NCBI RefSeq assembly: GCF_000012925.1
Contig: NC_007517.1
Location: 2,700,001-2,732,000 of the forward strand
Source: Geobacter metallireducens GS-15
GTDB lineage: Bacteria; Desulfobacterota; Desulfuromonadia; Geobacterales; Geobacteraceae
DNA: 32,000 nucleotides
Direction of reading: 5' to 3'
Below, one piece after another: positions 11,163 through 21,051 of this stretch; the first letter of the stretch is position 1, and each line of letters starts with the position of its first letter. The position numbers and the translations under genes are program-made. The notes beneath the pieces were generated by a model, which saw nothing but the letters and a program-made list of their open reading frames with translations, was not told the DNA's origin and searched no databases.

Positions 11163-11957
11163 ATGAAAAACGAGGGTGCGGGATTTGAAAGGATTATGGA
11201 GATCATGCGCCGGTTGAGGGGACCAGGGGGATGTCCCTGGGATGCGGAACAGACCCATGAGTCCCTCAAACGGTATCTTTTGGAAGAGGCTTATGAGGTG
11301 ATTGAGGCGATTGACGCGGGGTCGGCGGCGATGCTCCGGGAGGAGTTGGGCGATCTGCTCCTCCAACCGGTATTCCACGCGGTGGTCGCTGAAGAGCGTG
11401 GCGCGTTCTCCATGGCGGAGGTGCTTGAAACGCTGGCTGAAAAACTGGTGAACCGCCACCCCCATGTTTTCGGCGATCAGGTCATAAAAACCAGCCAGGA
11501 GCAGTTGGAGAACTGGGAGCGCCTCAAGCAGCAAGAAAAGAAAGAAGAGCGGAAGTCAGCCCTGTCAGGGGTCCCCCCTCACCTCCCGGCCCTCATGAAG
11601 GCTCAGAAGGTAACCGAGAAGGCCGCGCGTGTCGGCTTCGACTGGTCTCACGTGGATGAAGTTTTTGCCAAAGTCATGGAGGAACTGCACGAGTTCGAGG
11701 AAACCATGCTCGCCGGCGACCAGGAACGGATGGAGGCTGAACTGGGGGATCTCCTCTTTGCCATCGTGAATCTGGGGCGGTTTCTTGCCATCGACCCCGA
11801 GGAGGCGCTTCGCAAGACCATCACCCGCTTTACGGGGCGTTTCGGCCACATCGAGGAAACCCTCCACGGTCGTGGCGTCTCGCTGAAAGATGCCTCCCTG
11901 GCCGAGATGGAAGCTCTCTGGAAAGAAGCGAAACGGATGGAACACGGGGGAGAATGA
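11163..11957 (+). CDS. mazG: Nucleoside triphosphate pyrophosphohydrolase MazG (two tandem MazG domains).
   Basis: 264 aa. N-terminus is LRGPGGCPWDAEQTHESLKRYLLEEAYEVIEAI. The second domain has AKVMEELHEFEE...ELGDLLFAIVNL. SD GGGAGAGAG lies upstream. Confidence 0.9.
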   Translation: MKNEGAGFERIMEIMRRLRGPGGCPWDAEQTHESLKRYLLEEAYEVIEAIDAGSAAMLREELGDLLLQPVFHAVVAEERGAFSMAEVLETLAEKLVNRHPHVFGDQVIKTSQEQLENWERLKQQEKKEERKSALSGVPPHLPALMKAQKVTEKAARVGFDWSHVDEVFAKVMEELHEFEETMLAGDQERMEAELGDLLFAIVNLGRFLAIDPEEALRKTITRFTGRFGHIEETLHGRGVSLKDASLAEMEALWKEAKRMEHGGE

Positions 11958-12287
11958 GAAGGTTGCTGCAACTCTTTGTTACGTTTTTTCAACGCTGTAA
12001 CCGATTTTCCACACTTTCTGTGGATAACCTGTGAACAACGGTGTTGACAATTGTATAAACGGATACAGTATCGAATGGTTTTCGCTTCTTGCCCACTTTT
12101 TAATCACACTATAACCATTTGATTTATATATACTTTATCCTTTATGGCCACAATTCGACACGTTAGTAAACCGAAGCACTCCGCCAAGTCCTTTTCAGCT
12201 GTGCGGCAACACTATCCCTGTTCATAATTGCGTGTAATCCCGCCTTTGCGACACGCCCCCCGGAGAGCGTCCCCGCACACGGAACGA

Positions 12288-13853
12288 TCACCGTCCCAAC
12301 CTCCTCCGGACCTGGCTCACCACCTCACGGGCCTCGTCGCACCGGAGCACGTGTGCAACCGTCATAAAAATCGCCACCCCCACGCCAATCGACCCCAGAA
12401 GCACACAAGCCTTGACGATCTTCCCTCCCGGTGCCGCCCAATCGGTCAGCCTCATCCCCCAGAAGACGACAAGCGCCATGGGAATGGCGGCCAGGAAGGC
12501 CTTGAGACCGGAGATGACGATCCTCCGCCCGCCGAAGGGACCGATCTTCCGCCGCAGGAACCAGAGGAGAAGTCCCATGTTGCCCAGGGCGGAGAAGGAT
12601 GAGGCGAGGGCGAGCCCTCCGTGCTTCAACGGCCCCATGAGGAGAAGGCTGAAGGCCACATTGAGCACAAAAGCGACAAAGGCAATGGCTACCGGCGTCT
12701 TCGTGTCCTTCATGGCATAGAAGGCGGGAACCAGTACCCGCACCAGAGCCACCAGAGACAGCCCCAGGGAGTAGTAGCAAAGGGCCTCGGCCGAACTTGA
12801 CGCCTTGGCGTAATCGAACTCCCCCCCCATGAAAAGGAGGCTGAAGATGGGGGTCGCACAGACCATGAGCCCGGCGGTGGCCGGAATGGTGACGAAGAGG
12901 GTGAGCCGTACTCCAAAAGAGAGGGACTCCTTGAGCTGGTCAATCTCCCCCGCGGCTGCCTGGCGGCTCATGGAAGGAAGGACTGCCTGGGCCACGGACA
13001 CGGTAAAAATCCCTTGAGGGAACTCGAAGAGACGCTGGGCATAGTAGAGATAGGAAACGCTCCCCTGGGGAAGGAGGGAGGCAAGGATGTTGCCGACGGT
13101 GATATTCAGGTAGTAGACGCCGACGCCGAAGACCGAGGGCCCCATGAGAAGAGCGATCTTGCGCACCGCCGGGTGCCCCGGGTTGAAGCGGGGGCGGATG
13201 GGGAACCCCTTGCGCCAGAGGGTCGGGAGCTGCAGCGCCAACTGGAGAAAACCCCCGATGATGACGCCGATTGCCAGGGCCGTGATGGGGACCTGGAAGC
13301 GGTCGTGGAGAAGCCACGCGCAGAGAATCATGGAGATATTGAGGAAGACCGTGGATATGGCCGGGGTGAAAAAGTGCCGGACGGTATTGAGTATCCCCAT
13401 GCAGAGGGCCACGAGGCTCACGAAGAAGATATAGGGGAACATGAGCCGGTTCAGGAACACGGTCAGCTCGAACTTGGCGGGTTCCACCCTGAAGCCGGGG
13501 AACATGAGGGAGACAATGGCCGGCGAAAGGATAATCCCGGCCAGGGTCACCGCCGCCATGACAATGGTGAGGAGAGTGAAACAGGCGTTGGCCAGTTCCC
13601 GCGCCTCCTCCTCACCCTTCTGGGTGAGCCATTCGGAGAACGTGGGGACAAAGGCGGAGGTGAGGGCTCCCTCGGCGAAGAAACGGCGGAGCATGTTCGG
13701 TATCTGGAACGCGGCAAAGAAGGCGTCGGTGGCAAGGCCGGCCCCGAAGAGGCGCGAAACCACCATATCGCGCACCATTCCCATGATGCGCGACAGGATC
13801 GTGGCAAGGCCCAACACACCGGCGGCCCGGGCGATCTGCTTTTTTTCGGACAT
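12288..13853 (-). CDS. murJ: Lipid II flippase MurJ (MviN).
   Basis: 521-aa polytopic membrane protein. The N-terminus SRIMGMVRDMVVSRLFGAGLATDAFFAAFQIPNMLRRFFAEGALTSAFVPTF is typical of MurJ. Confidence 0.9.
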   Translation of the reverse strand: MSEKKQIARAAGVLGLATILSRIMGMVRDMVVSRLFGAGLATDAFFAAFQIPNMLRRFFAEGALTSAFVPTFSEWLTQKGEEEARELANACFTLLTIVMAAVTLAGIILSPAIVSLMFPGFRVEPAKFELTVFLNRLMFPYIFFVSLVALCMGILNTVRHFFTPAISTVFLNISMILCAWLLHDRFQVPITALAIGVIIGGFLQLALQLPTLWRKGFPIRPRFNPGHPAVRKIALLMGPSVFGVGVYYLNITVGNILASLLPQGSVSYLYYAQRLFEFPQGIFTVSVAQAVLPSMSRQAAAGEIDQLKESLSFGVRLTLFVTIPATAGLMVCATPIFSLLFMGGEFDYAKASSSAEALCYYSLGLSLVALVRVLVPAFYAMKDTKTPVAIAFVAFVLNVAFSLLLMGPLKHGGLALASSFSALGNMGLLLWFLRRKIGPFGGRRIVISGLKAFLAAIPMALVVFWGMRLTDWAAPGGKIVKACVLLGSIGVGVAIFMTVAHVLRCDEAREVVSQVRRRLGR

Positions 13854-13912
13854 TGGTTCACCTGGATGTATGACGTCGAGGGGAGGTTATTATCACAAAC
13901 AGAGCGGAGGAG

Positions 13913-16033
13913 TCACGGTTTTTGCTGAGGTGGAGGATAGCCCTCGTCCAGGACCCGATCGAGAATCCCCCCCAGTGCGGCAGGGGATTCGACGGGGATG
14001 TGGCAGGCGCCGGCAGCGCAGACCTGGGCTGTCGCCCGCCGACCCTGGTCCGGCTCCCCTCTCAGGACAAAGCCCGGAATGAATCTTTTTCCGATCTCAG
14101 CGAGCATACCCTGAACCTTGCCACGAGATCCGCCGCTTATGGCAACCTCCACCTGCGGCCCCCGGAGGAGGTCAAGGGCCATGAGGGTCTGGAGATGGGC
14201 GACAGGCTGACGCCCGGCTCCGGCCATGAAGGCACGGATGATTTCCTCTCCCGCCTCGACGAAGCGCTCCTCGTCGGCCATTCTGCCGAGCCGGACGAGC
14301 CCGGTTGCCGCCAGGCCGTTCCCCGACGGCATGACGCCGTCATAGTCCACCCGGCTCCGCATGAGGACCGTCTCGGCATCGTTTCCCGTGTCGTAGAGCC
14401 CCCTGTCTTCGCCGGAAAAGAGCCGGAGCATGTCACGGGCCAGGGAGCAGGCCTCTTCCCGGTACCGTGGATCCAGGGTCGCGTCATGGAGGGCCAGGAG
14501 CCCGTGAAGAAGGGCAGCGTAGTCTTCAAGGAAGGCCGGCACCTCCCCTTCCCCCCGGTGGATGCTCCTGAGGAGCCGTCCGTCGGCCCGGCGCAGATCC
14601 CGAAGGATACGAACAAGCGCGGCCTCCGCCGCCACGAGGAACCGCTCCCCGCCCCCGGCAAGGAAGAGCCGCGCCAGGGCCGCGATCATGAGCCCGTTCC
14701 AGGCGGTCACGATCTTTTCGTCCCTGAAGGGGCGCTCCCTTTTCGCCCGCTCCGCCAGCAGCAGTAACCGCCACCCTTCAACCTTCTCCTCGAGATTTTC
14801 GGGAGACATTCCCTCCCGCTGCGCGAACTCATGGAGCAGGACCGGCAGATTGAGAATGTTCGCCCCCTCGAAATTCCCCTTCCCGGTCACGTCGAACAGG
14901 CGGCAGAAGAGCTCCCCCTCCGTTTCGCCAAGGACAGACCGTACCTGGGCGGGGGTCCAGAGGTAGTACCGCCCCTCCTCTCCCTCGGTGTCCGCATCGA
15001 GGGCCGAATAGAAACCCCCTTCCGGCGCAGCCAACTCGCGAAGAACAAAATCGCAGAGTTGCTCCGCCATCTCCCGCAAGGATTCCTGCCCCGTGGCCTG
15101 AAACGCCTCCACTGCCGCCATGGCTACCAGGGCCTGGTCGTAGAGCATCTTCTCGAAGTGGGGGACGAGCCAGCGGCTGTCGACACTGTAGCGGTGAAGG
15201 CCGAAGCCGAGCTGATCAAAGATCCCGCCCCGGCGCAACGCCTCCAGGGTTGCCACGACCATGACGGTGGCCCCGGGATCGCCGAATCGCCGACCATAGC
15301 GGAGGAGAAACGAGAGGTTGAGGGGCATGGGGAATTTAGGCGCCTGGCCGAAACCGGCATTGACCGGGTCGAACATGCCGGCCAACTGGCTCCGGGCAGC
15401 CCGGAGCGGCTCAGCGCCGGGTATCTCTCCGGGCTTCGCAACGGACAGGTTCCGGAGGCTGTCGAGGATGGCGGTGCAGTTCTGGTGCACCAGTTCCCGG
15501 CGCGTTTTCCAGACCTCGGCGATGCGACCGAGGATTTCCACGAGCCCCGGCATCCCTCCCCGTGAATGTTTGGGGATGTACGTGGCGACAAAAAAGGGTT
15601 CCCGGTCGGGGGTCATGCAGACGGTGAGGGGCCAGCCGCCGCTGCCGTTCATGAGCTGGGCCACCCGCATGTAGGTGTCGTCGATGTCGGGCCGTTCCTC
15701 CCGGTCCACCTTGATGGCCACGAAGTCCCGGTTCAGCACCGCTGCCACCTCATGGTCCCCGAAGGACTCGTGGGCCATCACATGGCACCAGTGGCAGGTG
15801 GCGTAGCCGATGGAGAGAAAGACCGGTTTGTCCTCTGCCCGGGCGCGGGCAAAGGCCTCGTCCCCCCACTCGTACCACGCCACGGGATTGTCGGCATGCT
15901 GGAGAAGATAGGGGCTCGAGGCGAACACGAGCCTGTTGAACCCGGGCCCGCCGTCAGGGGGAAGGGCGTCGCGATCCGCCGAAACTATCCGTTTGAGCCG
16001 TGCCTCCCCTCCGTTGGATGTGTGCTCCTTCAT
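13913..16033 (-). CDS. Thioredoxin-domain protein of the DUF255 / YyaL type (N-terminal thioredoxin-like domain plus an alpha/alpha-toroid domain).
   Basis: Contains [20 protein letters not shown] and a long C-terminal helical-repeat region. I use ATG 16033 (GGAGGG 5 nt upstream) rather than the track's GTG at 16051. Confidence 0.85.
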   Translation of the reverse strand: MKEHTSNGGEARLKRIVSADRDALPPDGGPGFNRLVFASSPYLLQHADNPVAWYEWGDEAFARARAEDKPVFLSIGYATCHWCHVMAHESFGDHEVAAVLNRDFVAIKVDREERPDIDDTYMRVAQLMNGSGGWPLTVCMTPDREPFFVATYIPKHSRGGMPGLVEILGRIAEVWKTRRELVHQNCTAILDSLRNLSVAKPGEIPGAEPLRAARSQLAGMFDPVNAGFGQAPKFPMPLNLSFLLRYGRRFGDPGATVMVVATLEALRRGGIFDQLGFGLHRYSVDSRWLVPHFEKMLYDQALVAMAAVEAFQATGQESLREMAEQLCDFVLRELAAPEGGFYSALDADTEGEEGRYYLWTPAQVRSVLGETEGELFCRLFDVTGKGNFEGANILNLPVLLHEFAQREGMSPENLEEKVEGWRLLLLAERAKRERPFRDEKIVTAWNGLMIAALARLFLAGGGERFLVAAEAALVRILRDLRRADGRLLRSIHRGEGEVPAFLEDYAALLHGLLALHDATLDPRYREEACSLARDMLRLFSGEDRGLYDTGNDAETVLMRSRVDYDGVMPSGNGLAATGLVRLGRMADEERFVEAGEEIIRAFMAGAGRQPVAHLQTLMALDLLRGPQVEVAISGGSRGKVQGMLAEIGKRFIPGFVLRGEPDQGRRATAQVCAAGACHIPVESPAALGGILDRVLDEGYPPPQQKP

Positions 16034-16067
16034 GGCACCCTCCGCAATCACCTCGTCAGAGCGTCAC

Positions 16068-16102
16068 AAAAAACGAAAGGCGGAGTGAGCACCCCGCCTT
16101 TC
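16068..16102 (-). terminator. Rho-independent terminator after the YtxH gene.
   Basis: Minus strand: stem GAAAGGCGG / CCGCCTTTC (16102..16094 and 16083..16075) with a 10-nt loop, then GTTTTTTG (T run 16073..16068). Confidence 0.7.
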
Positions 16103-16125
16103 CCGTCAGACCTGTCGCGGCAACT

Positions 16126-16476
16126 CTACCCCAGCATCCTGGCAAGCCGCGACTTTTCCTTCTCCAGTCGATCCTTCCCTTCCTCGAAGGCCTTGATCAG
16201 GTCCTTTTTCACGTCTTGGGAAATCTCTTTGCCCCGGGCCAGGATATCCTGGGTCTTGTCGTTCAGGTTATCCACCACGTCGGTGACCTTGTCGGTGAAG
16301 TCCTCCACCATCTCCTCGGCTTCGCTCCGCGCCCGGCGCGCGATCTTCTTGATATCGCGGCGGGTCTTCTTTCCTGACTGGGGAGCAAAGAGCAGCGCGG
16401 CCCCGGCCCCGAGAATTCCACCGGCAATGAGCATCAGCGAGCCAACCATCAGCGTGTTGTTCTTGTCTTCGGACAT
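16126..16476 (-). CDS. YtxH-domain protein: an N-terminal membrane anchor plus a charged coiled-coil region.
   Basis: 116 aa. The segment GILGAGAALLFAPQSGKKTRRDIKK matches the YtxH signature. Strong SD GGAAGGAGGG upstream. Confidence 0.75.
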   Translation of the reverse strand: MSEDKNNTLMVGSLMLIAGGILGAGAALLFAPQSGKKTRRDIKKIARRARSEAEEMVEDFTDKVTDVVDNLNDKTQDILARGKEISQDVKKDLIKAFEEGKDRLEKEKSRLARMLG

Positions 16477-16530
16477 GGATCATCCCTCCTTCCGGGAAAT
16501 AATCTTCGTTAGAGACAATGGTACCGCACT

Positions 16531-17334
16531 TCAGCCATTAGTCGAGTCCACTTCCGCCCTGAGTCCTTCGAGCACTGCCTGCACCTCGGCAACGGTTTCC
16601 TTGGCCTGGGGAGACTTCTCGTGCCTGAGATAGAGTTCCAGGTACCTGATGGCGTCCTTGACCCGCTCGTTATCCATATAGAGGCTGCCAAGGGTGAGAT
16701 ACGACATGCTGAAGGCGGGGTCGAGCCGCACGGCCTCCAGGCACTCATGCTCGGCCTCATCGTGCTCGCCAAGGTCATAGTAAAGCTCACCCAGGTTGAA
16801 GTGGGCCGCGGCGTCGTCCGGGTCCAGTTCGATCCCCTTCTGGAAGGCGGCGATGGCTTTCTCGTGCTCGTCGAGGCCATACCAGGCATCGCCAAGGCCG
16901 TTGTAGGCAAAGACGTTGGCCGGGTCTATCTCAAGGGCCTTCTCGAAGGCCTTGATCGCCTTCTGGGTCCGCTCCAGGCTATTGTAAACAAGGCCGATGT
17001 TCACATGGGCATCGGAGTTGTCAGGGTCGAGCGCCACCACCCGCTGGTAGGCCGCCAGGGCCTCCTTGTACTGCCCCAGCTCGAACTTGATGTCTCCCAC
17101 AGCGGTGAGGGCGTCGAGGTCATCGGGAGCAAGCTTCAGCCCCTTCTCGTATTCCTTGAGGGCGTCCTGGAGCTTCCCCTCCTCGCTCAATGCTTCTCCA
17201 AGGTAAAAGTACCCTTCGGCATTATCGGGTTCGCGCTCCACGCACTCCCTGAACTGCGCGGCGGCACCCGTGTAGTCGCCCGCCTCAGCGAGACTGATCC
17301 CCTTTGCCAGAAGTTCGTCGAACGTATCCGCCAT
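16531..17334 (-). CDS. Tetratricopeptide-repeat (TPR) protein.
   Basis: 267 aa made of about 34-aa repeats: A..Y..GEA....G....A...YEKAL.L.PD, recurring about seven times. SD AAAGGAGAGGG upstream. Confidence 0.85.
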   Translation of the reverse strand: MADTFDELLAKGISLAEAGDYTGAAAQFRECVEREPDNAEGYFYLGEALSEEGKLQDALKEYEKGLKLAPDDLDALTAVGDIKFELGQYKEALAAYQRVVALDPDNSDAHVNIGLVYNSLERTQKAIKAFEKALEIDPANVFAYNGLGDAWYGLDEHEKAIAAFQKGIELDPDDAAAHFNLGELYYDLGEHDEAEHECLEAVRLDPAFSMSYLTLGSLYMDNERVKDAIRYLELYLRHEKSPQAKETVAEVQAVLEGLRAEVDSTNG

Positions 17335-17438
17335 GGTCCCTCTCCTTTTTCCCGGTATTCTTGGGGCACACTATACCAGAGGAATACGGGCGGCGCCACC
17401 GCCGCAGTCACAGAAGGATGATTTTCCCAACTCCGGAC

Positions 17439-17467
17439 TTTCCATTGACCGATTCATGGCTTATAAT
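17439..17467 (+). promoter_or_regulatory. Candidate ptsP promoter.
   Basis: TTTCCA (17439..17444), a 17-nt spacer, then a perfect TATAAT (17462..17467), 30 nt upstream of the ptsP ATG. Motif match only. Confidence 0.3.
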
Positions 17468-17496
17468 TAAGTCACTTTATCGTCAAGGGCATCTAC

Positions 17497-19851
17497 ATGG
17501 CCGAAGAACAACTGGAGACGACCGGTCTGCGGACACTGGAGGATATCAGCACCCTCATCCTCAAATCCCACGACCTCCCCGACACCCTCGACAACATCGT
17601 CCATCTGGTTGCAAAACGGATCGGCACCGATGTCTGCTCCATCTACCTGCTGGAAGATGACGGCAAGACCCTCCGTCTCGCGGCCAGCAAGGGGCTTTCG
17701 AAAAGCTCCGTCGGCAAGATCACCATGCAGACCTCCGAAGGTCTCGCCGGTCTGGTAATCGAGACCAAAGGCTTGGTCACCGCCGACAACGCGCCGCTCC
17801 ACCCCCGCTACAAGTATTTCCCCGAAACCCGCGAAGAACGGTTCAACTCCTTCCTCGGCATCCCCCTCATGCTGCGGGAGTCCCCCATGGGGGTCATCGT
17901 CATCCAGACCAGGGAATCGCGCACCTTCCAGCAGGAGGAGGTGAGCACCCTCACCACCATCGCCTACCAGATCTCCAGCATCGTCATCAACGCCAAGCTT
18001 CTGGATTCCATCCGCCTGAAGGAGGCGGAACGGGAGCGGCTCGAACGGGAACTGGAAAAATTCAAGGCCATCGGGGCGCCGGCGGGAGCGGAACCATCCG
18101 GTGACAAGCGCAAGCGGGAAAAACGTTCGCTCCTGCTGATGGGGACGCCGGTTTCAGCGGGTTTCTCCCGGGGCAGGGCCGTCATCATCGACCGCCGGGA
18201 CGAACATGACGGGATGGGAGTGGCGACGGTGCGGTCGCGCCCCGAGGAGCGAAGCCGATTCCAGACCGCCCTCGAAAAGGCGAAGATAGAAACCATCTGC
18301 ATGGAAAAAAGGGTAGCCGAACTCCTTTCCAAGGAGGATGCCGCCATCTTCCACACCCACCTGATGATCCTGGAAGATCGTGGGTTCATCGCCAAGGTCC
18401 ACGACCTGATTGAGGAGGATTACGGTGCGGTACGGGCCGTGAATGAGGTGGTGGCCCATTACGTGAGCGCTTTCTCCCGGATGGAGGACCCTTATCTCAA
18501 GGAGCGCTCTGCCGACATGGAGGATATCCGGCGCAGGATCATCGCCTTCCTGGACGGTTCGGGCCATGCGCGGCTCAGGCTGCGGGAGAAGCGGATCCTC
18601 GTGGCCCACGAGATACTTCCCTCGGACATGGCCACCCTCGACCACGAGAAGCTCCTGGGGATCGTCACCGAAAAGGGGGATCTCAACTCCCACGCCGCCA
18701 TCATGGCCAAGTCCCTCGGCATACCGGCCGTGGTGGGGGTGGAGGGAATACTCCAGAAACTGGGGCTGCGGGATGAAGTGATCGTCGACGGCAACTCGGG
18801 ACGCATCTACATCAACCCGAGCGAAAAGATAAAGGGTGAGTACGAGCGGCTGGAAATCGACTTCGGGGTCAGGAGGCGGGAGCTTGAGGGGTTGCGGGAC
18901 CTGCCGGCGGTGACCCGGGACGGCGTGGACGTGGCGCTCAAGGCCAATATCGGCCTCTTGAGCGACATCCGGGTGGCCCTCGCCAATGGTGCCGAGGGGG
19001 TGGGGCTCTACCGGACCGAGTTTCCGTACATGACCCGCTCCGCCTTTCCGACCCGCAGCGAGCTCGTCGGACTCTACCGCAAGGTGCTGGAAGGCTTCGC
19101 TCCCCATCCGGTCACCATCCGCACCCTCGACATCGGGGGGGACAAGACGCTTCCCTACTTCCCCATGGCAGCGGAGGACAACCCCTTCATGGGATGGCGC
19201 TCCATCCGGGTGTCTTTGGAGCGGGAGGACATCTTCCGGGTCCAGTTGGCGGGGATCCTCCTGGCCTCGCTCCACGGCAAGGCCAGGATAATGTTCCCCA
19301 TGGTGTCGAGCATCGCCGAGATCTGGCAGATCAAAAAGATCCTCGGGGAGGTGCGCGAGGAACTGGCCCACGAAGGGCAGACCTTCGACCCCGATATCAG
19401 CTTCGGGATCATGGTGGAACTGCCAGCTGCCGTGCAGACCGCCCACATCCTCGTGAACGAGGTCGACTTCTTCAGCATCGGCACCAACGATCTGATCCAG
19501 TACACCATGGCGGCCGACCGGAACAACCCGAAGGTGCGCCGATACTATGACTCCTGCCAGCCGGCGGTCCTCCACTCCATCAAACGGGTGGTGGACGTGG
19601 CCCTGGCGACCGGAAAGCCGGTGTCGGTATGCGGCGAGATGGCCGCCGACCCGGTCATGGCCATCCTCCTGGTGGGAATGGGCATCCGCGAACTGAGCCT
19701 GTCGGCCCCCTCCATCCCGGTGGTCAAGCAGGCCATCCGCTCCGTGGATCTCCGCACGGCGCGGGAGATGGCGGACCGAGTGCTTTCCCTCGTCAGTTCC
19801 GGCGCCGTGCGTACCTACCTGGCAGAGACCCAGAACGCCCTGGGGCTCTGA
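17497..19851 (+). CDS. ptsP: Phosphoenolpyruvate-protein phosphotransferase with an N-terminal GAF domain (EI-Ntr type).
   Basis: 784 aa. GAF-like N-terminus (VAKRIGTDVCSIYLLEDDGKTLRLAASKGL). Phospho-His region GDLNSHAAIMAKSLGIPAVVG. C-terminal PEP-utilizer TIM-barrel motifs GLYRTEF and FFSIGTNDLIQY. Confidence 0.9.
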   Translation: MAEEQLETTGLRTLEDISTLILKSHDLPDTLDNIVHLVAKRIGTDVCSIYLLEDDGKTLRLAASKGLSKSSVGKITMQTSEGLAGLVIETKGLVTADNAPLHPRYKYFPETREERFNSFLGIPLMLRESPMGVIVIQTRESRTFQQEEVSTLTTIAYQISSIVINAKLLDSIRLKEAERERLERELEKFKAIGAPAGAEPSGDKRKREKRSLLLMGTPVSAGFSRGRAVIIDRRDEHDGMGVATVRSRPEERSRFQTALEKAKIETICMEKRVAELLSKEDAAIFHTHLMILEDRGFIAKVHDLIEEDYGAVRAVNEVVAHYVSAFSRMEDPYLKERSADMEDIRRRIIAFLDGSGHARLRLREKRILVAHEILPSDMATLDHEKLLGIVTEKGDLNSHAAIMAKSLGIPAVVGVEGILQKLGLRDEVIVDGNSGRIYINPSEKIKGEYERLEIDFGVRRRELEGLRDLPAVTRDGVDVALKANIGLLSDIRVALANGAEGVGLYRTEFPYMTRSAFPTRSELVGLYRKVLEGFAPHPVTIRTLDIGGDKTLPYFPMAAEDNPFMGWRSIRVSLEREDIFRVQLAGILLASLHGKARIMFPMVSSIAEIWQIKKILGEVREELAHEGQTFDPDISFGIMVELPAAVQTAHILVNEVDFFSIGTNDLIQYTMAADRNNPKVRRYYDSCQPAVLHSIKRVVDVALATGKPVSVCGEMAADPVMAILLVGMGIRELSLSAPSIPVVKQAIRSVDLRTAREMADRVLSLVSSGAVRTYLAETQNALGL

Positions 19852-19887
19852 CCCCCCCAAAACCACTCTCCGAACAGCAGAAAAACG

Positions 19888-21051
19888 CTACGTCGCCCGC
19901 AGCGCATCCACGATATTCATCCGCGCCGCCCGGAAGGCCGGCAGCAATCCCCCCACAAACCCCATGACGAGGGAAAAGATAAGCGACTTGCCGATGATGC
20001 CGGGGGTGAGGGAGAAGGTGAAAGCCAGCTCCGAAAAGGTCTGCCAGTTCATGGTGGAGATGGTGACCAGTTGCATGAACGAAGCGAAGAAAAGCCCCAC
20101 CACCCCGCCCAGGAGCCCCAGGAAGAGCGACTCCAGGATGAAGGCGGCCAGAATGCTCCCCCGCTGGAAGCCCAGGGCCCGCAGGGTGCCTATCTCGGTG
20201 ACCCGGTTGGCCACGGCGGCGTACATGGTGATCATGGCGCCGATGACCGCCCCGAGGGAGAAGATGATGGTGAGGGTTATCCCGAGAATCCGGAGAAACT
20301 TGGCCATGGCCTGGGACTGATCGGCGTAGAAGGTGATCTCCCGCTTCGCTTCCAGGGTCAGGCGCGGGTCGCCCTCGATCCGCTCCTTCACCCTGACGAA
20401 CTCCGACGGGTCCCGCAACTTGAAGATGATGGAGGAGTAGACGGGCCGGCGGAAGGCCTGCATGAGCTGGTCCACGTCGCCCCATATCTCCGATGAGAAG
20501 CCGGTATTGCCGGCCTCGAAGATTCCCACCACGGTCCAGTCCCGCATGCCGAAGCGCAGGGTCTCGCCGATACCTCCCCCCTTGAAGCGCTTGGCAATGC
20601 TGGCTCCTGCCATGATCTCGGCCGAGCCGGGGCGCGGCATCCGTCCCTCAATGACTTTCACCTGGGGGCGCATGAGGAGCGATGTGGCACTTACCCCCCG
20701 GATAATGACGTTGGAGGGCTTACCACTCCCCCGCTTAGGAAGGCTGATGAGGACCACGATTTCCTTCGCGACAAGACGCTCTCCCCCCTCCACCGCGATC
20801 TCGGGCTGAGTTTCCACCACCGCGGCCTGGGAACGGTCGATGCCGCTCTGCACCTCGGTCTGGGCCGACTTGCGGATCACCACCACGTTGTCGTAGGAAC
20901 CGGTATCCACCAGGGTCTTCCGAAGCCCCTCGGCCAGCATGAGGGTTGCCGCAAAGACAAAGACGACCAGCGCCATGCCTGAGGCGGTAAGGACCGTGGT
21001 CAGACGCCGGGTCCAGAGGTTGCGGAAGCTGTAGGAGTAAGGGATGCCCAT
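19888..21051 (-). CDS. ABC transporter permease, FtsX/MacB-type (permease 2).
   Basis: 387 aa. One N-terminal TM, a periplasmic domain of about 220 aa, and a C-terminal FtsX 3-TM domain (TEIGTLRALGFQRGSIL...). The ATG directly abuts the upstream stop (TAGATG). Confidence 0.85.
   Translation of the reverse strand: MGIPYSYSFRNLWTRRLTTVLTASGMALVVFVFAATLMLAEGLRKTLVDTGSYDNVVVIRKSAQTEVQSGIDRSQAAVVETQPEIAVEGGERLVAKEIVVLISLPKRGSGKPSNVIIRGVSATSLLMRPQVKVIEGRMPRPGSAEIMAGASIAKRFKGGGIGETLRFGMRDWTVVGIFEAGNTGFSSEIWGDVDQLMQAFRRPVYSSIIFKLRDPSEFVRVKERIEGDPRLTLEAKREITFYADQSQAMAKFLRILGITLTIIFSLGAVIGAMITMYAAVANRVTEIGTLRALGFQRGSILAAFILESLFLGLLGGVVGLFFASFMQLVTISTMNWQTFSELAFTFSLTPGIIGKSLIFSLVMGFVGGLLPAFRAARMNIVDALRAT

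Noticed and set aside
11106-11534. 142-aa minus-strand ORF overlapping the tgt terminator and mazG.
   Set aside because: It is antisense to mazG, which has clear tandem MazG-domain motifs, and it starts inside a terminator hairpin.
12005-12027. The DnaA-box pair interpreted as a replication origin.
   Set aside because: There are only two boxes. No dnaA or dnaN neighbourhood and no AT-rich 13-mer array of the oriC type were recognised. It is therefore treated as a possible regulatory or titration site, not oriC.
18154-19866. 570-aa minus-strand ORF opposite ptsP.
   Set aside because: It is fully antisense to the well-supported GAF-EI gene. The Arg/Gly/His/Pro-rich translation has no motifs. 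This is a GC-rich shadow ORF.
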